DNA of 64,000 bases from a cyanobacterium endosymbiont of Rhopalodia gibba (GCA_045159875.1 CP067995.1:1152001-1216000); one strand, 5' to 3'. Counted from the first letter of the stretch, positions 1-11,520 are shown. A program made the numbers and translations. The notes: a model not told the origin generated them from the letters alone.

Positions 1-374
1 CCTAAACCAGTAGCTACTGACTTACCACCTGTAAAATTAAGAAAAATCGATTTACTATGGCCAAATATAACAGTTATCGCTGTCACTATCATTAACCAAG
101 GTTTCCACTCCGAAGTAATTAGTCCTGTAGGGGCTAATACATAAAACCATTTGACTATTGCCATAGATAAGATGGCCTTCCCCAAATCTGTAATTAAGAC
201 AAGGACAGCCGCTGTTTTACCCAGTATTCGCAACACATTTGTCGCTCCCGTAGAACCCGATCCATGTTCACGAATATCAATCCCTTTGAGGACTCTCACT
301 ACAAGATAACCCGTAGGAATAGAACCCAGTAAATAAGTTACCAGACACAAAAATCCACTAATTACCCAAGTCAT
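1..374 (-). CDS. plsY: Glycerol-3-phosphate 1-O-acyltransferase PlsY (5' part; runs off window)
   Basis: Manual translation from ATG at 374: MTWVISGFLCLVTYLLGSIPTGYLVVRVLKGIDIREHGSGSTGATNVLR, the PlsY motif. Confidence 0.95.
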   Translation of the reverse strand, partial: MTWVISGFLCLVTYLLGSIPTGYLVVRVLKGIDIREHGSGSTGATNVLRILGKTAAVLVLITDLGKAILSMAIVKWFYVLAPTGLITSEWKPWLMIVTAITVIFGHSKSIFLNFTGGKSVATGL

Positions 375-425
375 AGTTCCTAATTCGTTCCGTCATTATA
401 TGTAATAGTTTACAGATCTATGTCA

Positions 426-1544
426 TTAATATGAATAGTTTGACACTTGTTGAAGATCAGGTGCAAATGCTAACAAAAGGGGAAATTGTAGGAGGGAAAG
501 ATTTATCTGTTGTTCGGTTTCATCAATAACCACCAGGGGAATTTGTTTATCTTCAAGTAAACGCTCTGCTTTTAGCACTAAAGCATCTGGAGATTCAAAA
601 AGAACTACTCCCTTTTCTGGACCAAAATCACTGCGGGAAATTCCTAAACAATCTTGTAATCCCCTACGCCATTCTCCAAGTCTTTCGGGACTGTTAGCTA
701 GAATCAGAAACCGAGAGCGATCACCGTGAAGACTATTCAATACAGAAATAATCGCCGACGCAATCAAAATATTCTGTAGGCGAGTCCCCAGGGATAAAAT
801 AGCTCCCCGTCCTCCTTGAGAAAAAAACCACGTTTGTACTCGTTCTGCATGCATTGGTTCAAAAGTACGACGTAGTTGCCAGGGGTATCCATAATAATCA
901 GGGTTATTGCGGTATTGCTCCAATATTTTCTTAATCTTCGTAGTTTGTGCCTCAAATTCTTGGGGAGCAAACTGGACCTTACCTGAACTCGAAGATTGAG
1001 ACGGGATTGTTTCTGAAGAATTCCAAGTCCCTTGGGTGGGCAATTCTAACTGTTCAGCTGTCGCCGCTAAATCTTGTAAACTGCCTACCAAATAATCCTT
1101 AAATCCTTGAACTCGAATCGCTAAATCTTGAGAAACTCCTGCAAATGTTGTTCGCATTTCTTCTTTTATTCTATCCCGACGACGTTCAAGTTGTTCAACG
1201 GAAATTTCTAGGGCTTGTTTTTGCTGTTTGAGTTCTTTTAAACCTTCTTGAACTATCAAGCGAGTGTGTTGCTCAATATCTTGAATTTCTTCTGCTATCA
1301 TTTTACGTTCACGGTCTTGTAGCTGTTTTATTTCTTGAGTTAACCCTTGTTTTTGTTGTTCTAAAGACTGAACTTGTACTGTTAACTCTTTAACTCTACT
1401 TTCAAGATTTAATATTGTATCAGAAACTCTAATCATTTCAGGTTCAGGAGCACTTTCTTCCCTTGCGACTGCATTCTCGGCAGTATTGTCTGTTGGCTCG
1501 TTGGTTAACTCAGGTTTGGGAACTTGGTGATCGTCTATCTTCAT
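426..1544 (-). CDS. DUF3086-family coiled-coil protein
   Basis: Coiled-coil N-half; PDYYGYPWQLRRTFEP and WRRGLQDCLGISR motifs; usual neighbour of plsY in cyanobacteria. Confidence 0.8.
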   Translation of the reverse strand: MKIDDHQVPKPELTNEPTDNTAENAVAREESAPEPEMIRVSDTILNLESRVKELTVQVQSLEQQKQGLTQEIKQLQDRERKMIAEEIQDIEQHTRLIVQEGLKELKQQKQALEISVEQLERRRDRIKEEMRTTFAGVSQDLAIRVQGFKDYLVGSLQDLAATAEQLELPTQGTWNSSETIPSQSSSSGKVQFAPQEFEAQTTKIKKILEQYRNNPDYYGYPWQLRRTFEPMHAERVQTWFFSQGGRGAILSLGTRLQNILIASAIISVLNSLHGDRSRFLILANSPERLGEWRRGLQDCLGISRSDFGPEKGVVLFESPDALVLKAERLLEDKQIPLVVIDETEQQINLSLLQFPLLLAFAPDLQQVSNYSY

Positions 1545-1808
1545 TTTCTCGTTACAAATTTACAGTAATTTTAAAGGGAACTTTTATGTTAATAGTTCGA
1601 CTTTAATTATCGAGCCTATTATAGTTGAATAATGTTGTAACTTCAGGTTGTGAATTTTTATACTAGAAACATATTTATCTATGGTTAAGCCATTAATAAG
1701 ATGAATAACAAGAATTGATTTAATAGTATTTGCCTCAGATAATCTAACCTATCTAAAGATGTTAAAATTATACACTGATAGTAGTATTTTCGTAGATGAC
1801 AGTATTGT

Positions 1809-2164
1809 TATAAACAGCTTTTTAAGAGTTTAGAACTAAAAGTAATCGTTAAAAAGTGGATACTATTAACTTTTTAAAAACAAAATTGGTATTAGATTCC
1901 AAAAAATTTGCCTGGTTTTCCATTCAGCATAAAGAAAGCAGTGAATCAATTGACCCTAACGATAAACATCTAAAGCGATTGAAGTAGACCGTAAACGGAC
2001 ACTGACGATGTTAAATAACAGGGACAAATCAAAGAAAGCTCGGGATAAACTTACCCAAAGTTGTAGCACAATCAACACGATAGCCACCTTTATTAAGGCT
2101 AAGGGTATTTTATGACTGGGAGCAAGTTAAATGATTTTATCGAGAACGGAGGAAGAAATAACAT
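1809..2164 (-). pseudogene. DUF3119-family membrane protein pseudogene
   Basis: Manual translation APSHKIPLALI...ALDVYR*GQLIHCFLYAEWKTRQIFWNLIPILF / frameshift / KVNSIHFLTITFSSKLLKSCL*; fits DUF3119-DUF3086-plsY synteny; ends approximate. Confidence 0.75.
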
Positions 2165-2482
2165 ATATTAGAGAAAATTATAGGTTAGAGTAATAGACTT
2201 GTCTGTTTCACAGGATAACATTGCTAGATTATACTTGAAATAAAAATGGCAAAACAGCGTACTATGGAATTCTGAATATGAGAATTACCGGTTTTTCGAC
2301 TATTGTCAGTCTTTCTGGTTTGGCTATCTCAATGGGGTTAAAGTAGAAGGTAAACTCAATAAACCCAGCTTCGGCTCCAATGATGACCTAGTTTATACCT
2401 TTTCTAAGACAATTTGTGTTTATTAGTTAAGCTATTTAATGATTTGACTAATATCAAACTTAATATTGCTTGTTCAAGTTTT

Positions 2483-3598
2483 ATGAAAAACAAATATAGT
2501 ACGAGTGCATTTTTACAATTGCAGAATTCCAAATTATATGCAATATTTGCTTGGAGTAAAAAAGAGCCAGAGATAATACCTGCTCAATCTTGGTTAGCTA
2601 TCTTAGAAATATTTATTCAACAAATTTCAATAAAAGATGCTTATAAAGTTTTTAAAACTATCAGAGAGTCTCACTTAAATCAAGAAACAACCTCAGAATT
2701 AACTCCTTATCAAGACCTCATTCAAAATTTTCCTCAAGCTTTAATCTTTTTGAGTAATAAAAGCTTAAAAATTCTTCCCCAAGGATTTCGTAGCTTTATT
2801 GAAAAAAGTAGAAAAATTGAATTGTATAAATTAAGTTTAAAAAAGAAAAAAATTCTTCTTCAACTGTTTCAAGCACATAAACTTCAAAAGGATTTACAAT
2901 TAGTTGATAGCAAGGAAAAGTTCATACAAATTGTTAATCAACTCGAGGCTTTAGGGCTATTATCCCCAGAGATAAATTCTCTAGATTGGGGAATTTTTAA
3001 AAAGTTGGTTCCCATTTGTCACTTATTCGGTTTAACGCGAGGGACTCCTATTGATCATTACTATCTGAATCAATTTGTTGAAGAAATTAGAGGAGAAATT
3101 AAAGGAAAGATTTTAGAAATAGGAGGAACTCCCAAAGATCGAGATTTTTATGAAGTGAATGCCCATGATTCTTATCAAGTACTGAATTTAGAACCCGGGT
3201 TAGGAATAGATATTGTGGGGGATATTCATGATCCTTCCGTAATAGAAACAGAATCAGTAGATTCAGTGATTATTTTTAACGTTTTAGAACATTGCTATGC
3301 TCCTTGGATAGCGGTTCAGAATATTTATAGATGGCTAAAAATTGGAGGAAAATATTTTGCAATGGTCCTCAATGCTGTCAGAATTCATGGGACTCCTATT
3401 GATTACTGGCGACCTTTACCCGATGGAATGAAGTATTTATTTAAAGATTTCTCTAAACAGAAATTATACATTTATGGTAACCTCATCACTCTTATTGCTA
3501 GTTATCATGGTATCGCAACTGAAGAACTGTCTTCAGAAGAAATCAATAATTTTAATCTCGATTATCCTGTTACTACCTGTATCGTAGCAGAGAAATGA
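2483..3598 (+). CDS. Class I SAM-dependent methyltransferase with long N-terminal extension
   Basis: FGLTRGTPIDHYY, ILEIGG, GDIHD, FNVLEHC, DYWRP motifs; ATG 2483 preferred over TTG 2414. Confidence 0.8.
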   Translation: MKNKYSTSAFLQLQNSKLYAIFAWSKKEPEIIPAQSWLAILEIFIQQISIKDAYKVFKTIRESHLNQETTSELTPYQDLIQNFPQALIFLSNKSLKILPQGFRSFIEKSRKIELYKLSLKKKKILLQLFQAHKLQKDLQLVDSKEKFIQIVNQLEALGLLSPEINSLDWGIFKKLVPICHLFGLTRGTPIDHYYLNQFVEEIRGEIKGKILEIGGTPKDRDFYEVNAHDSYQVLNLEPGLGIDIVGDIHDPSVIETESVDSVIIFNVLEHCYAPWIAVQNIYRWLKIGGKYFAMVLNAVRIHGTPIDYWRPLPDGMKYLFKDFSKQKLYIYGNLITLIASYHGIATEELSSEEINNFNLDYPVTTCIVAEK

Positions 3599-3650
3599 CT
3601 AGCATTATTGGGTAGTTATTTAAAACTGTTTTTCTCTTAATACCTAAGCC

Positions 3651-4301
3651 ATGAATAATTTTAATTTTTCTTTTATTCCTGAAGTTTCTGTCATCTTAGC
3701 GACCTATAATCGAGCTGAATATTTAACAGGATGTATTCAAAGTGTCCTCAAACAAACTTATCAAAATTGGGAATTTATTATTGTTGATGATGGCAGTCAA
3801 GATCATACCTTTGAGATTGTCAATCCTTATCTTGAAAAATTTTCTAATATTCGTTATTTAAAACATCAAAATAGAGGAGCAGCCCTATCAAGAAATGTAG
3901 GGATTAAAGCCTCTTTTGGAGATTATATAACTTTTATTGATAGCGATGATCAATATCTTTCTAATCACTTACAATCAAAACTAGACTTTTTTGAAAAATA
4001 TCCAGAAATTGAGTTGATTGTAGGGGGATTTAAGTCTAATCAAGAAACATGGGTTACAGACTATTATAATCCTGACCAAAAAATTAATATCCAAAACTGT
4101 GTTATTTGTCCGACCTTGTTTGGCAGAAGATATGTCTTTTTTGAATTAGAAGGTTTTCAAGATATTCTCTATGGAGAAGACACAGACTTATGGGAACGTG
4201 CTGGTAAAAAATTTAAAACACAAAAAATTGTCGAGCCTTTAACTTATCTGTATACTAGAGCAGCCGATAGTGTTTCAAGACAGTTTTCTCATGACTTTTA
4301 A
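3651..4301 (+). CDS. Glycosyltransferase family 2
   Basis: VSVILATYNR, IVDDGSQD, FIDSDD motifs. Confidence 0.92.
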   Translation: MNNFNFSFIPEVSVILATYNRAEYLTGCIQSVLKQTYQNWEFIIVDDGSQDHTFEIVNPYLEKFSNIRYLKHQNRGAALSRNVGIKASFGDYITFIDSDDQYLSNHLQSKLDFFEKYPEIELIVGGFKSNQETWVTDYYNPDQKINIQNCVICPTLFGRRYVFFELEGFQDILYGEDTDLWERAGKKFKTQKIVEPLTYLYTRAADSVSRQFSHDF

Positions 4302-5010
4302 TGATCCTCGGCGTAATAAGCAATTACGAATGTTAATGCAAAAACTGGGGTTATCTGACACCTCACAGATTAATTGGTCATGGTTAGATCTGGCCTTGAC
4401 TCATCCTACTGTTTCCAGGGAAAAAAACTATCAACAGCTGGAATTTGTGGGGGATTCCGTAGTAAGACTTGCAGCCGCTGAAATACTTTTAGAAACCTAT
4501 CCAAATGAGTCTGTAGGGGAATTTGCTGCCCTACGTTCTATGATGGTCAGCGATCGTACTTTAGCCCAATTTGCCGAAAGTTTTGGGTTAGAACGCTATC
4601 TTCTGATGGCTGATCATGTAGTTAGAGATGAAGCCGGAAGGGTTTCTCGTTTAGCAGATGCCTTTGAAGCGGTTTTAGGTGCACTATATTTGAGTACCCA
4701 AACTATGAGTTTAGTGCGTCCCTGGTTAGACGATCTTTTGAGAGCCAAAGCTGAAGAAATTCGACAGGATCCGGCTCGTCAAAACTATAAAGATGCACTC
4801 CAAGAATGGACTCAGGCTCAGTATAAACTTCTACCAGAATATAGAGTTCAGAGACTTAACTCTGTACCGACTAGTCAACCCAGTTTTTTGGCTGAAGTTT
4901 GGCTCGTAAACCGTAAATTAGGATCAGGACAAGGTCGTTCTAAAAAAATGGCTGAACAAGCTGCGGCTCAAGAAGCTTTTTTTAAGTTCGTTAATGTTTG
5001 TGATACTTAA
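4291..5010 (+). CDS. rnc: Ribonuclease III
   Basis: NYQQLEFVGDSV signature, LADAFEAVLGALYL, C-terminal dsRBD; ATG 4291 overlaps the GT2 end. Confidence 0.95.
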   Translation: MTFNDPRRNKQLRMLMQKLGLSDTSQINWSWLDLALTHPTVSREKNYQQLEFVGDSVVRLAAAEILLETYPNESVGEFAALRSMMVSDRTLAQFAESFGLERYLLMADHVVRDEAGRVSRLADAFEAVLGALYLSTQTMSLVRPWLDDLLRAKAEEIRQDPARQNYKDALQEWTQAQYKLLPEYRVQRLNSVPTSQPSFLAEVWLVNRKLGSGQGRSKKMAEQAAAQEAFFKFVNVCDT

Positions 5011-5339
5011 GTAAATTCAACTAGGAGTTGAAACTCCAAATTTTCTTTTTAAAGGCAACAGAGTGATTCAAATTAATGAAAAAAGTAGTCAATCTCTGAT
5101 GAAGTGAAGCTTTAAGCCAACTATCACTGAGGAAGTACGACCCACTCCTAACAGCAATTTAGGTATATTTATAAGGTTATAACGCAAAAAAAAATTATAT
5201 AAGCAAAACAATTAAGTAATTGTTTTGCTTATGTTGAGAAATCCAAACTTTTATGAAAATCATCCAAGCATACATAACAGAGGCTGTGCAGTTCAAGTAA
5301 ATAAGTAGGTTTAGATAAGCGTAAAATAGAAAAATAGTT

Positions 5340-5950
5340 AGGAAAGAGTGATGACTAAATACCAGTTTACCTAAAAATTCAGTTAACAAAATTAGAAGAG
5401 CAAAAACTATCAAAGTAGACTTGCACCTAAAAACCTTTTCCAGCACAAAAACAAGAGCAGAAATATTATGTCTAAAGTCTAAAGTCTAAAGCCAAAAGTA
5501 CAAAAAGTTCAAAAAATTAAAAAATGCAATTAGAAAAACAACTTTTAGACAAATTCTTCAGAAAAGATAAAAATTGTGGGCTCCTCTGAGATATGAAAGA
5601 ATAAGAACTTGGAAATAAAAAAATATAAAATATTTTGAAAGGCTCTAAGAAAAGGATAAAAAAATCTTATATTACTCAGTAATTACCTAAGTTTTCTAGA
5701 AAAGAGAAAAGAGTCAAATTAACTTCTGGAGGAATCTGTAAAACTCTTAAAAAGGGGACCTAAAATAGAAAATAACAAAAGTGGAGACGATAATTGCTCT
5801 ATGTACTAAGGAAACCCCTAAAAAAGTAAAAAAGTTTTAGATAAAGAGATAGATAAAGTTAAAAATATAGCCAAGACAAAGAAATAGATACGTGAACTGT
5901 TCTTAATAATCATTTATTCTTCAATAGATATAAGTAGTTTAGTTAGAGCA
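5340..5950 (+). mobile_element. Degraded IS630-family transposase relic, copy A
   Basis: Aligns by eye with the reverse complement of ~11750-12390 (gtcaaattaacttctggaggaatctgtaaaactcttaaaaag vs gttaaattaactcttagaataatccgtaaaattcttaaaaaa); remnant TRAEILCL and VKLTxxxIxKxLKK motifs; ends approximate. Confidence 0.6.
5470..5490 (+). repeat. (GTCTAAA)x3 tandem heptamer
   Basis: gtctaaagtctaaagtctaaa seen directly. Confidence 0.9.
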
Positions 5951-6681
5951 AAACTGAAACAATAATAAAAAAATGATGTTTATTTTTTTACTAAGCTTGT
6001 AGTCCAAAACTAAATATAATAGAAGGGGAATAGTATCAAATGAATAAAATTTATAAAATTGCTAGTAGGATATTTGAAGATAAATTTAATTTAGTAAAGA
6101 TTCGTTTAATACAGTTTTTAGTCAATGAAAAATTTAAATTTAATATCAATTAAAAACATTTAAAATAATTGAAATTTACTTAAATATATAGGTATCAAAT
6201 AATTTACGTTATTAACGTTTACTTAAAGCTACTTACTTAGTATATTATCTAATATAAATATCCCTTTATATAGGAATAACTACAAAACTTCTGTAAATTT
6301 AGACAAAACATTACTTAGGATGAATTAGATTTTATCAAATCAATTTTATTAGGCAATCATTAGATCATACGCTAATGGCAATCTATATAGATTAGGAGAG
6401 TTTTTATCACAGCAATAATTTATTGCTAATGAACAGTGCTCTAGAATGATTTTTAGTTTATTGACTGGGTTAGTGCTGTCCAAAATTAAAAAAGCTACCC
6501 AAAAGTATTGAGGGAGTCGCTCATGAAGATCTAAAAGTTAGATGAGAGTTAAGCTCCATGTGGGTTAGCGGTAACACCTGCCAGGAGAACGTAAGTTAGT
6601 ATCAAGAAGTTAACTAAAATATATAGAGAAGTTATGGGAAAATAGGAGAGTGAATTGAGTCTCATCTAGCGTACATATAAT

Positions 6682-7122
6682 ATGATTCGTTTATGGTTAC
6701 ATTTTGTATTGACGACTATTTTAATTAGCCTAAGTAGTTTAATTGTCGCTTGTAATTCTCCAACTCCACCAACAGAATTTGCCCCTGATGGAAAGATAGT
6801 TGAAAAAGCGATCATCTTACAACTATCTCAAAACTTCCAGCGTTTGAGCAATCAGTTAAACACGACTCTTCCCCAGCTCAAAATTAATCAAATTCAAGTT
6901 AAGCAACTCGACTCAATTTTAGTCACACAGTTATCCACTTATCACCTTCAGGGAACTTACAATTTAAAATTGATGTTTCCTCGTCAAATAAAAGAACAGA
7001 AAAAGAATCGATTTGACATTTATCTACAACGACAAATAGAAGGGGAAACCTGGCGGTTACTAAAAAGAGAATATAATCTTTCCTATGACACTCCCCAATG
7101 GAAAAGTTATTTAATCAGATAA
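6682..7122 (+). CDS. Putative lipoprotein, conserved cyanobacterial hypothetical
   Basis: Signal peptide with lipobox IVAC; FDIYLQRQIEGETWRLL motif. Confidence 0.75.
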   Translation: MIRLWLHFVLTTILISLSSLIVACNSPTPPTEFAPDGKIVEKAIILQLSQNFQRLSNQLNTTLPQLKINQIQVKQLDSILVTQLSTYHLQGTYNLKLMFPRQIKEQKKNRFDIYLQRQIEGETWRLLKREYNLSYDTPQWKSYLIR

Positions 7123-7139
7123 GAGAATAAAAAGGTCTT

Positions 7140-8008
7140 GAGTTAGGTGGGTTTTGTCGGATTTTACGAAGTTTACCCATCTCTTTCAAAACGCTTTCTT
7201 AGGGATTGATTCACAAGGGCAGTTACTAACTTCAACTGTAAATAATGTTAATTAACTAAACTGTTTCCCCCGTTGTTGAACATTGATTCAAGGACACCCT
7301 CTCCCCATAACCCTCATACAAAAATGGATTAGAATGTATTAGCCACGGCAAAAAGACATCAACTTTTTCCCTTTAAAAGATTTTGAAGATAGAGGTGACT
7401 AGATCAACCGTGCCGCACTCAAAAGAAAGGTGATAAGCCTCTTCCACTAAGCGATCAGTTACTACAATGCAATCAAGATAAACTTTTTCGAGGATCCTAC
7501 ATAAGTATTAGCCCAGCAAGACGTATCACATATTTTTAAAATCAAAAGATAACTACCCCAAGGTTGTGAGAGGATAGAATGAATTAACTTTTTTAATAAA
7601 TCAGGTTTTTAGAATGGGAGCTCGCTAAAAAAACCTATACTGTCAAGTAAAAATAATCCGGATTGCTGCATCCGAACATCAAGCCGCTAAAAATTAAAGA
7701 AGCATATCTCTCTAAGGAATTACCCGCCAGCACCGTCGGTCGTCTGATAACCTTTATAATAAAATTTTGCAACTGATTGCGCCTAAAGTAGTAACCTTTA
7801 GCTGAATTCAACTTTGCGGAGTGCCCAAATCCTGATAGATTAATTACTCATATCTCAAAGTCTTCTTGTAATTGGTAATTAGCTAATATTTTTACGCCAG
7901 CGATTCGGTAGAAGCGCCAAATCCATAAAACAGAAGTATTAAATGGCCTTGCCATCGCCAATAGTTTCTAGGGACTGAAGATGTTGATATGACAGGAGCT
8001 AACTGCAT
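7140..8008 (-). pseudogene. Alpha/beta-fold hydrolase pseudogene
   Basis: Fragments YGFGAST, WRKNI, LQEDFEI*VINLSGFGHSAK, LWGEG with stops and frameshifts; divergent from purB; 3' end approximate. Confidence 0.8.
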
Positions 8009-8128
8009 AACCATATTACAAAATATGAATTGATGTTAACTTATTTATCTTGACCTGTATTGCTCGAAGTGTCTTTCTCTTAACTAAAACAGGGTAGAAT
8101 AAAAAGGTCGTACTCGGTAGAATATTAA

Positions 8129-9424
8129 GTGATTGAGCGTTACACCATTCCCGAAATGGGGGAACTATGGACAGACAATTATAAGCTGAAAACTTGGCTA
8201 CAAGTAGAGATTGCTGTCTGTGAAGCACAAGCAGAATTGGGTCATATTCCCCGAGACGCAGTAGAAGAGATAAAAGCCAAGGCTAATTTCAATCTTCAAC
8301 GGGTTCTAGAAATTGAGACCGAAGTTCGCCACGATATGATTGCTTTTTTAACCAATGTTAATGAGTATGTAGGAGATGCGGGGCGATATATTCATCTAGG
8401 GTTAACCAGTTCCGATGTCCTTGATACGGCCTTAGCTCTTCAAATGGTGGCCAGTCTCAACTTGATTCTAGAACGTCTAGAAGATTTAGTACAAGTTCTT
8501 CGTTACCAAGCGCAACAGCATCGTGATACTGTGATGGTGGGAAGATCACACAGTATTCATGCTGAACCTATTACTTTTGGCTTTAAATTGGCAGGATGGT
8601 TAGCCGAAGTCTTGCGGAACCGTGATCGTTTAGTAAATCTACGCAATAATATTTCAGTCGGGAAAATTTCGGGGGCAGTGGGAACCTATGCTAACGTCGA
8701 TCCGAGTGTAGAAGCCATTACCTGTCAGAAATTGGGACTTCAACCTGACATCGCTTCAACTCAGGTAGTTTCGCGTGATCGCCATGCTGAATTCATCCAA
8801 CAATTGGCCTTGTTGGCTGCTTCTGTCGAACGGTTTGCGATAGAAATTCGTAATCTTCAACGCACTGATGTCTTAGAAGTCGAGGAATTTTTTTATGAGG
8901 GACAGAAAGGCTCTTCTGCTATGCCCCACAAGCGCAACCCCATCCGTTCAGAACGCTTAACGGGGATCGCTCGTATTATTCGAGGATATACCGTTGCTGC
9001 TTTAGAAAACGTAGCTCTATGGCATGAAAGGGATATTTCCCACAGTTCGGTGGAACGGGTCATGTTACCAGATGTCTGCATCTTAACCCATTTTATGTTG
9101 TTTGAAATCACTAATTTGGTGAAGAACTTATTAATTTATCCCGAAAATATGAAGCGTAATATGAATATTTATGGCGGAGTTATTTTTAGTCAACGGGTGT
9201 TATTAACCTTGGTAGAAAAAGGTATGAGTCGGGAAAATGCTTACAAAACTGTTCAAAGATGTGCTCATCAAGCTTGGAATAAAATTGATGGCGACTTTTA
9301 TGGATTGATTAAGCAAGATGTCCAAGTGACTCAATGTTTATCTACTGAAGAAATTGATAGTTGCTTTGATCCTCAATATCATTTACAGAATTTAGATCTA
9401 ATCTATCAACGACTAGGAATTTAG
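8129..9424 (+). CDS. purB: Adenylosuccinate lyase
   Basis: MIERYT start, GSSAMPHKRNP signature. Confidence 0.97.
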   Translation: MIERYTIPEMGELWTDNYKLKTWLQVEIAVCEAQAELGHIPRDAVEEIKAKANFNLQRVLEIETEVRHDMIAFLTNVNEYVGDAGRYIHLGLTSSDVLDTALALQMVASLNLILERLEDLVQVLRYQAQQHRDTVMVGRSHSIHAEPITFGFKLAGWLAEVLRNRDRLVNLRNNISVGKISGAVGTYANVDPSVEAITCQKLGLQPDIASTQVVSRDRHAEFIQQLALLAASVERFAIEIRNLQRTDVLEVEEFFYEGQKGSSAMPHKRNPIRSERLTGIARIIRGYTVAALENVALWHERDISHSSVERVMLPDVCILTHFMLFEITNLVKNLLIYPENMKRNMNIYGGVIFSQRVLLTLVEKGMSRENAYKTVQRCAHQAWNKIDGDFYGLIKQDVQVTQCLSTEEIDSCFDPQYHLQNLDLIYQRLGI

Positions 9425-9649
9425 GAATTGTCTTTCCAGACTCAGAACTTGTACCTTAATCAATATAAATCTTCAGAACATTCTTGATATTGCTGTAATA
9501 AACTTTCTAAGTTTACTCATTATTGAGACATGAGTTCGACGATATTTTAAGATACTATTGTTGTTCTCAAGATCTAAATTAGAAATACAAAAAAGCTGAC
9601 GATTATCTAAAATAGTAACCGTCAATGATTGATACTCCTGTTTCTTAAA

Positions 9650-10085
9650 AATAACAGGAGATGAAGAAAACTTACTTTCTGTCTTTAGATTGAGAAAAGG
9701 ATTTTCGAATAAGTAAGTATAAGTGACTAGTCCAGTAAAACGGTTAACAAAACAGTTCCGAATACTTCTCCTTTGATTTCTAAAATGTTCAATACAAAAG
9801 ATATTTTTCATTTTGTCGTCAACTGTTTCAGTCAAAAGATACTTACAAAATAAAATTGTATCAATTAGATTAATTAACTTTTACTTAATCTGATGGCGAG
9901 GAATTAATTAAATTCCTTGCCATCAGAGCTTTCTAATTGGTTCCTGAACACTTAATAGACTTCCATCGAAATAAGATACATCAACCTAATTTCTGCAATT
10001 TTTGCTTTGGAAGTCTGCAAAAACACAGTATAGTAACATTGTTGCTCAGAGCATAAACTCTACAAAATGATTGTAGCTGACTTTC
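9650..10085 (-). mobile_element. IS982-family transposase relic, internally deleted
   Basis: Fragments KVSYNHFVEFM and VSYFDGSLLSV, then TETVDDKMKNIFCIEHFRNQRRS...VNRFTGLVTY resembling the IS982 C-terminus (IETVNDQLKN..IEHSRHRS). Confidence 0.65.
9889..9927. repeat. Inverted repeat, 17-bp arms (1 mismatch), 5-nt spacer
   Basis: tctgatggcgaggaatt-aatta-aattccttgccatcaga. Confidence 0.9.
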
Positions 10086-10096
10086 TTAGAAAATAC

Positions 10097-11520
10097 AGTT
10101 TTACTAAACCTGTCATGTAAAAATTAAAAGTATAAAGACAGAGTTTGTTTATTAAAAATAGAATTATAAAAAAACACTGTTATTATCAGAGTTACTATAT
10201 AGATGGTATTGTAGTAAATTTTATGTTTAAATTAAATTGTGTTAGGCTCGATATTTTCACTTAGTTTATACCTATGGCGTCAAATGCTCAACTTAGTTTA
10301 ATGAATGAGATTCTACATTTAGAAGGACTCAGCATTACCCATTATCAGATTTTAAATGAGATAGGAATAGTTTTATTTATTGAAAAAATAGACCCCACAG
10401 CAACTTGTATTTATTGTGGTTCAACCACTAAGAAACTTCATCAAAATAATGAATTAACTATTAGAGATTTGCCTTGGGCAGAGAAAGCCGTCTATCTCAA
10501 GATTAATCGTCGTCAAATGAGATGTAACCAGTGTGGAAATAAATTTACAGAAGAGTTAAGCTATGTTAGGAAGAAAAGAACATATACTGAAAGATTTAAG
10601 ATAAAAATTATTGAAGAGGTCTTAAATAGTAACATGAAGAATGTCGCTAAAAGGAATGGAGTGAGTGAACAAGAAATAGAAACAATGCTCAAAGACTTAG
10701 GTCAATAATTACAGATGGGAAAATCTCGGACATTTAAACAGTTAACAATTTTTGACTAAGATTGAAGCTGAAGTAACAGTACATAGATTTCATATGATAA
10801 AACAAGTTAATGCTCAGTTATAGGCATCACTGCATTTAGGATGGTAAAAATCTGCCAAATCTTAATACAGTCTTGTTTGGCAATAATGTTGATAACCAGC
10901 AAACTATTAAAAATTTAAATAATTCCTAAATGAGGCTCTATAAGACATTAATATTGTATGAATTATTATACATAACAAGTTTACTGTAACTGAATTAGAT
11001 CATCAAAACAAACTTTTAAATTAGAAGCTAAAGAGCTAAAAAATTTTAGTAAAAAATAAAAAAATATGTTGATTCTATATAGAGAGTGGATATGTTTTAC
11101 TCGAAAATGAAGAATATTAAAGTAAAGAATAAAAAGCTATGTCAGACTGAGTATATAATAACGTCATTAGTGCTTTAGAAAATACACCAGTTAAAAAAGA
11201 AATATAGAAAATTCTTAACGATAATTGAGACCGTATATTAGGACTATTAAAATGATTGTCCGGGTAAAAAAAAACCATTTGTTTAGAAGAAAAAACTGTG
11301 AGATAATTACATATTAGATTGAAGAAACTACTGTCTATTTAGATAAATAAAAATTTGATAAACGTTCTTAAAATATTAAAAATTAATTGGAATTAATTAA
11401 AAGAAAAAATTATGAATTTAGAGTTGTTATAAATTTTTAGCTCCTAAGTCTCTTGACTTGATATTTCATTAGTTAATCCTATAGTATAATCCCGTTATTA
11501 CCATTAAACGTTGAACAAGT
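10097..11520 (+). mobile_element. ISL3-family element, copy 1 (defective)
   Basis: ORF 10274-10708 has ISL3 zinc finger and IRDLPW; a decayed remainder LELIKRKNYEF near 11390-11420; ends approximate. Confidence 0.8.
10274..10708 (+). CDS. Truncated ISL3 transposase N-terminus (zinc finger and start of HTH), 144 aa open frame
   Basis: CIYC...HQN...IRDLPW...RRQMRCNQC; premature TAA ending at 10708, before the DDE domain. Confidence 0.75.
   Translation: MASNAQLSLMNEILHLEGLSITHYQILNEIGIVLFIEKIDPTATCIYCGSTTKKLHQNNELTIRDLPWAEKAVYLKINRRQMRCNQCGNKFTEELSYVRKKRTYTERFKIKIIEEVLNSNMKNVAKRNGVSEQEIETMLKDLGQ

Noticed and set aside
5195..5446. 83-aa hydrophobic ORF
   Set aside because: Antisense to an A-rich IS relic; hydrophobicity follows from T-rich codons
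9473..9835. 120-aa ORF as a functional gene
   Set aside because: C-terminal IS982 fragment running into non-coding sequence
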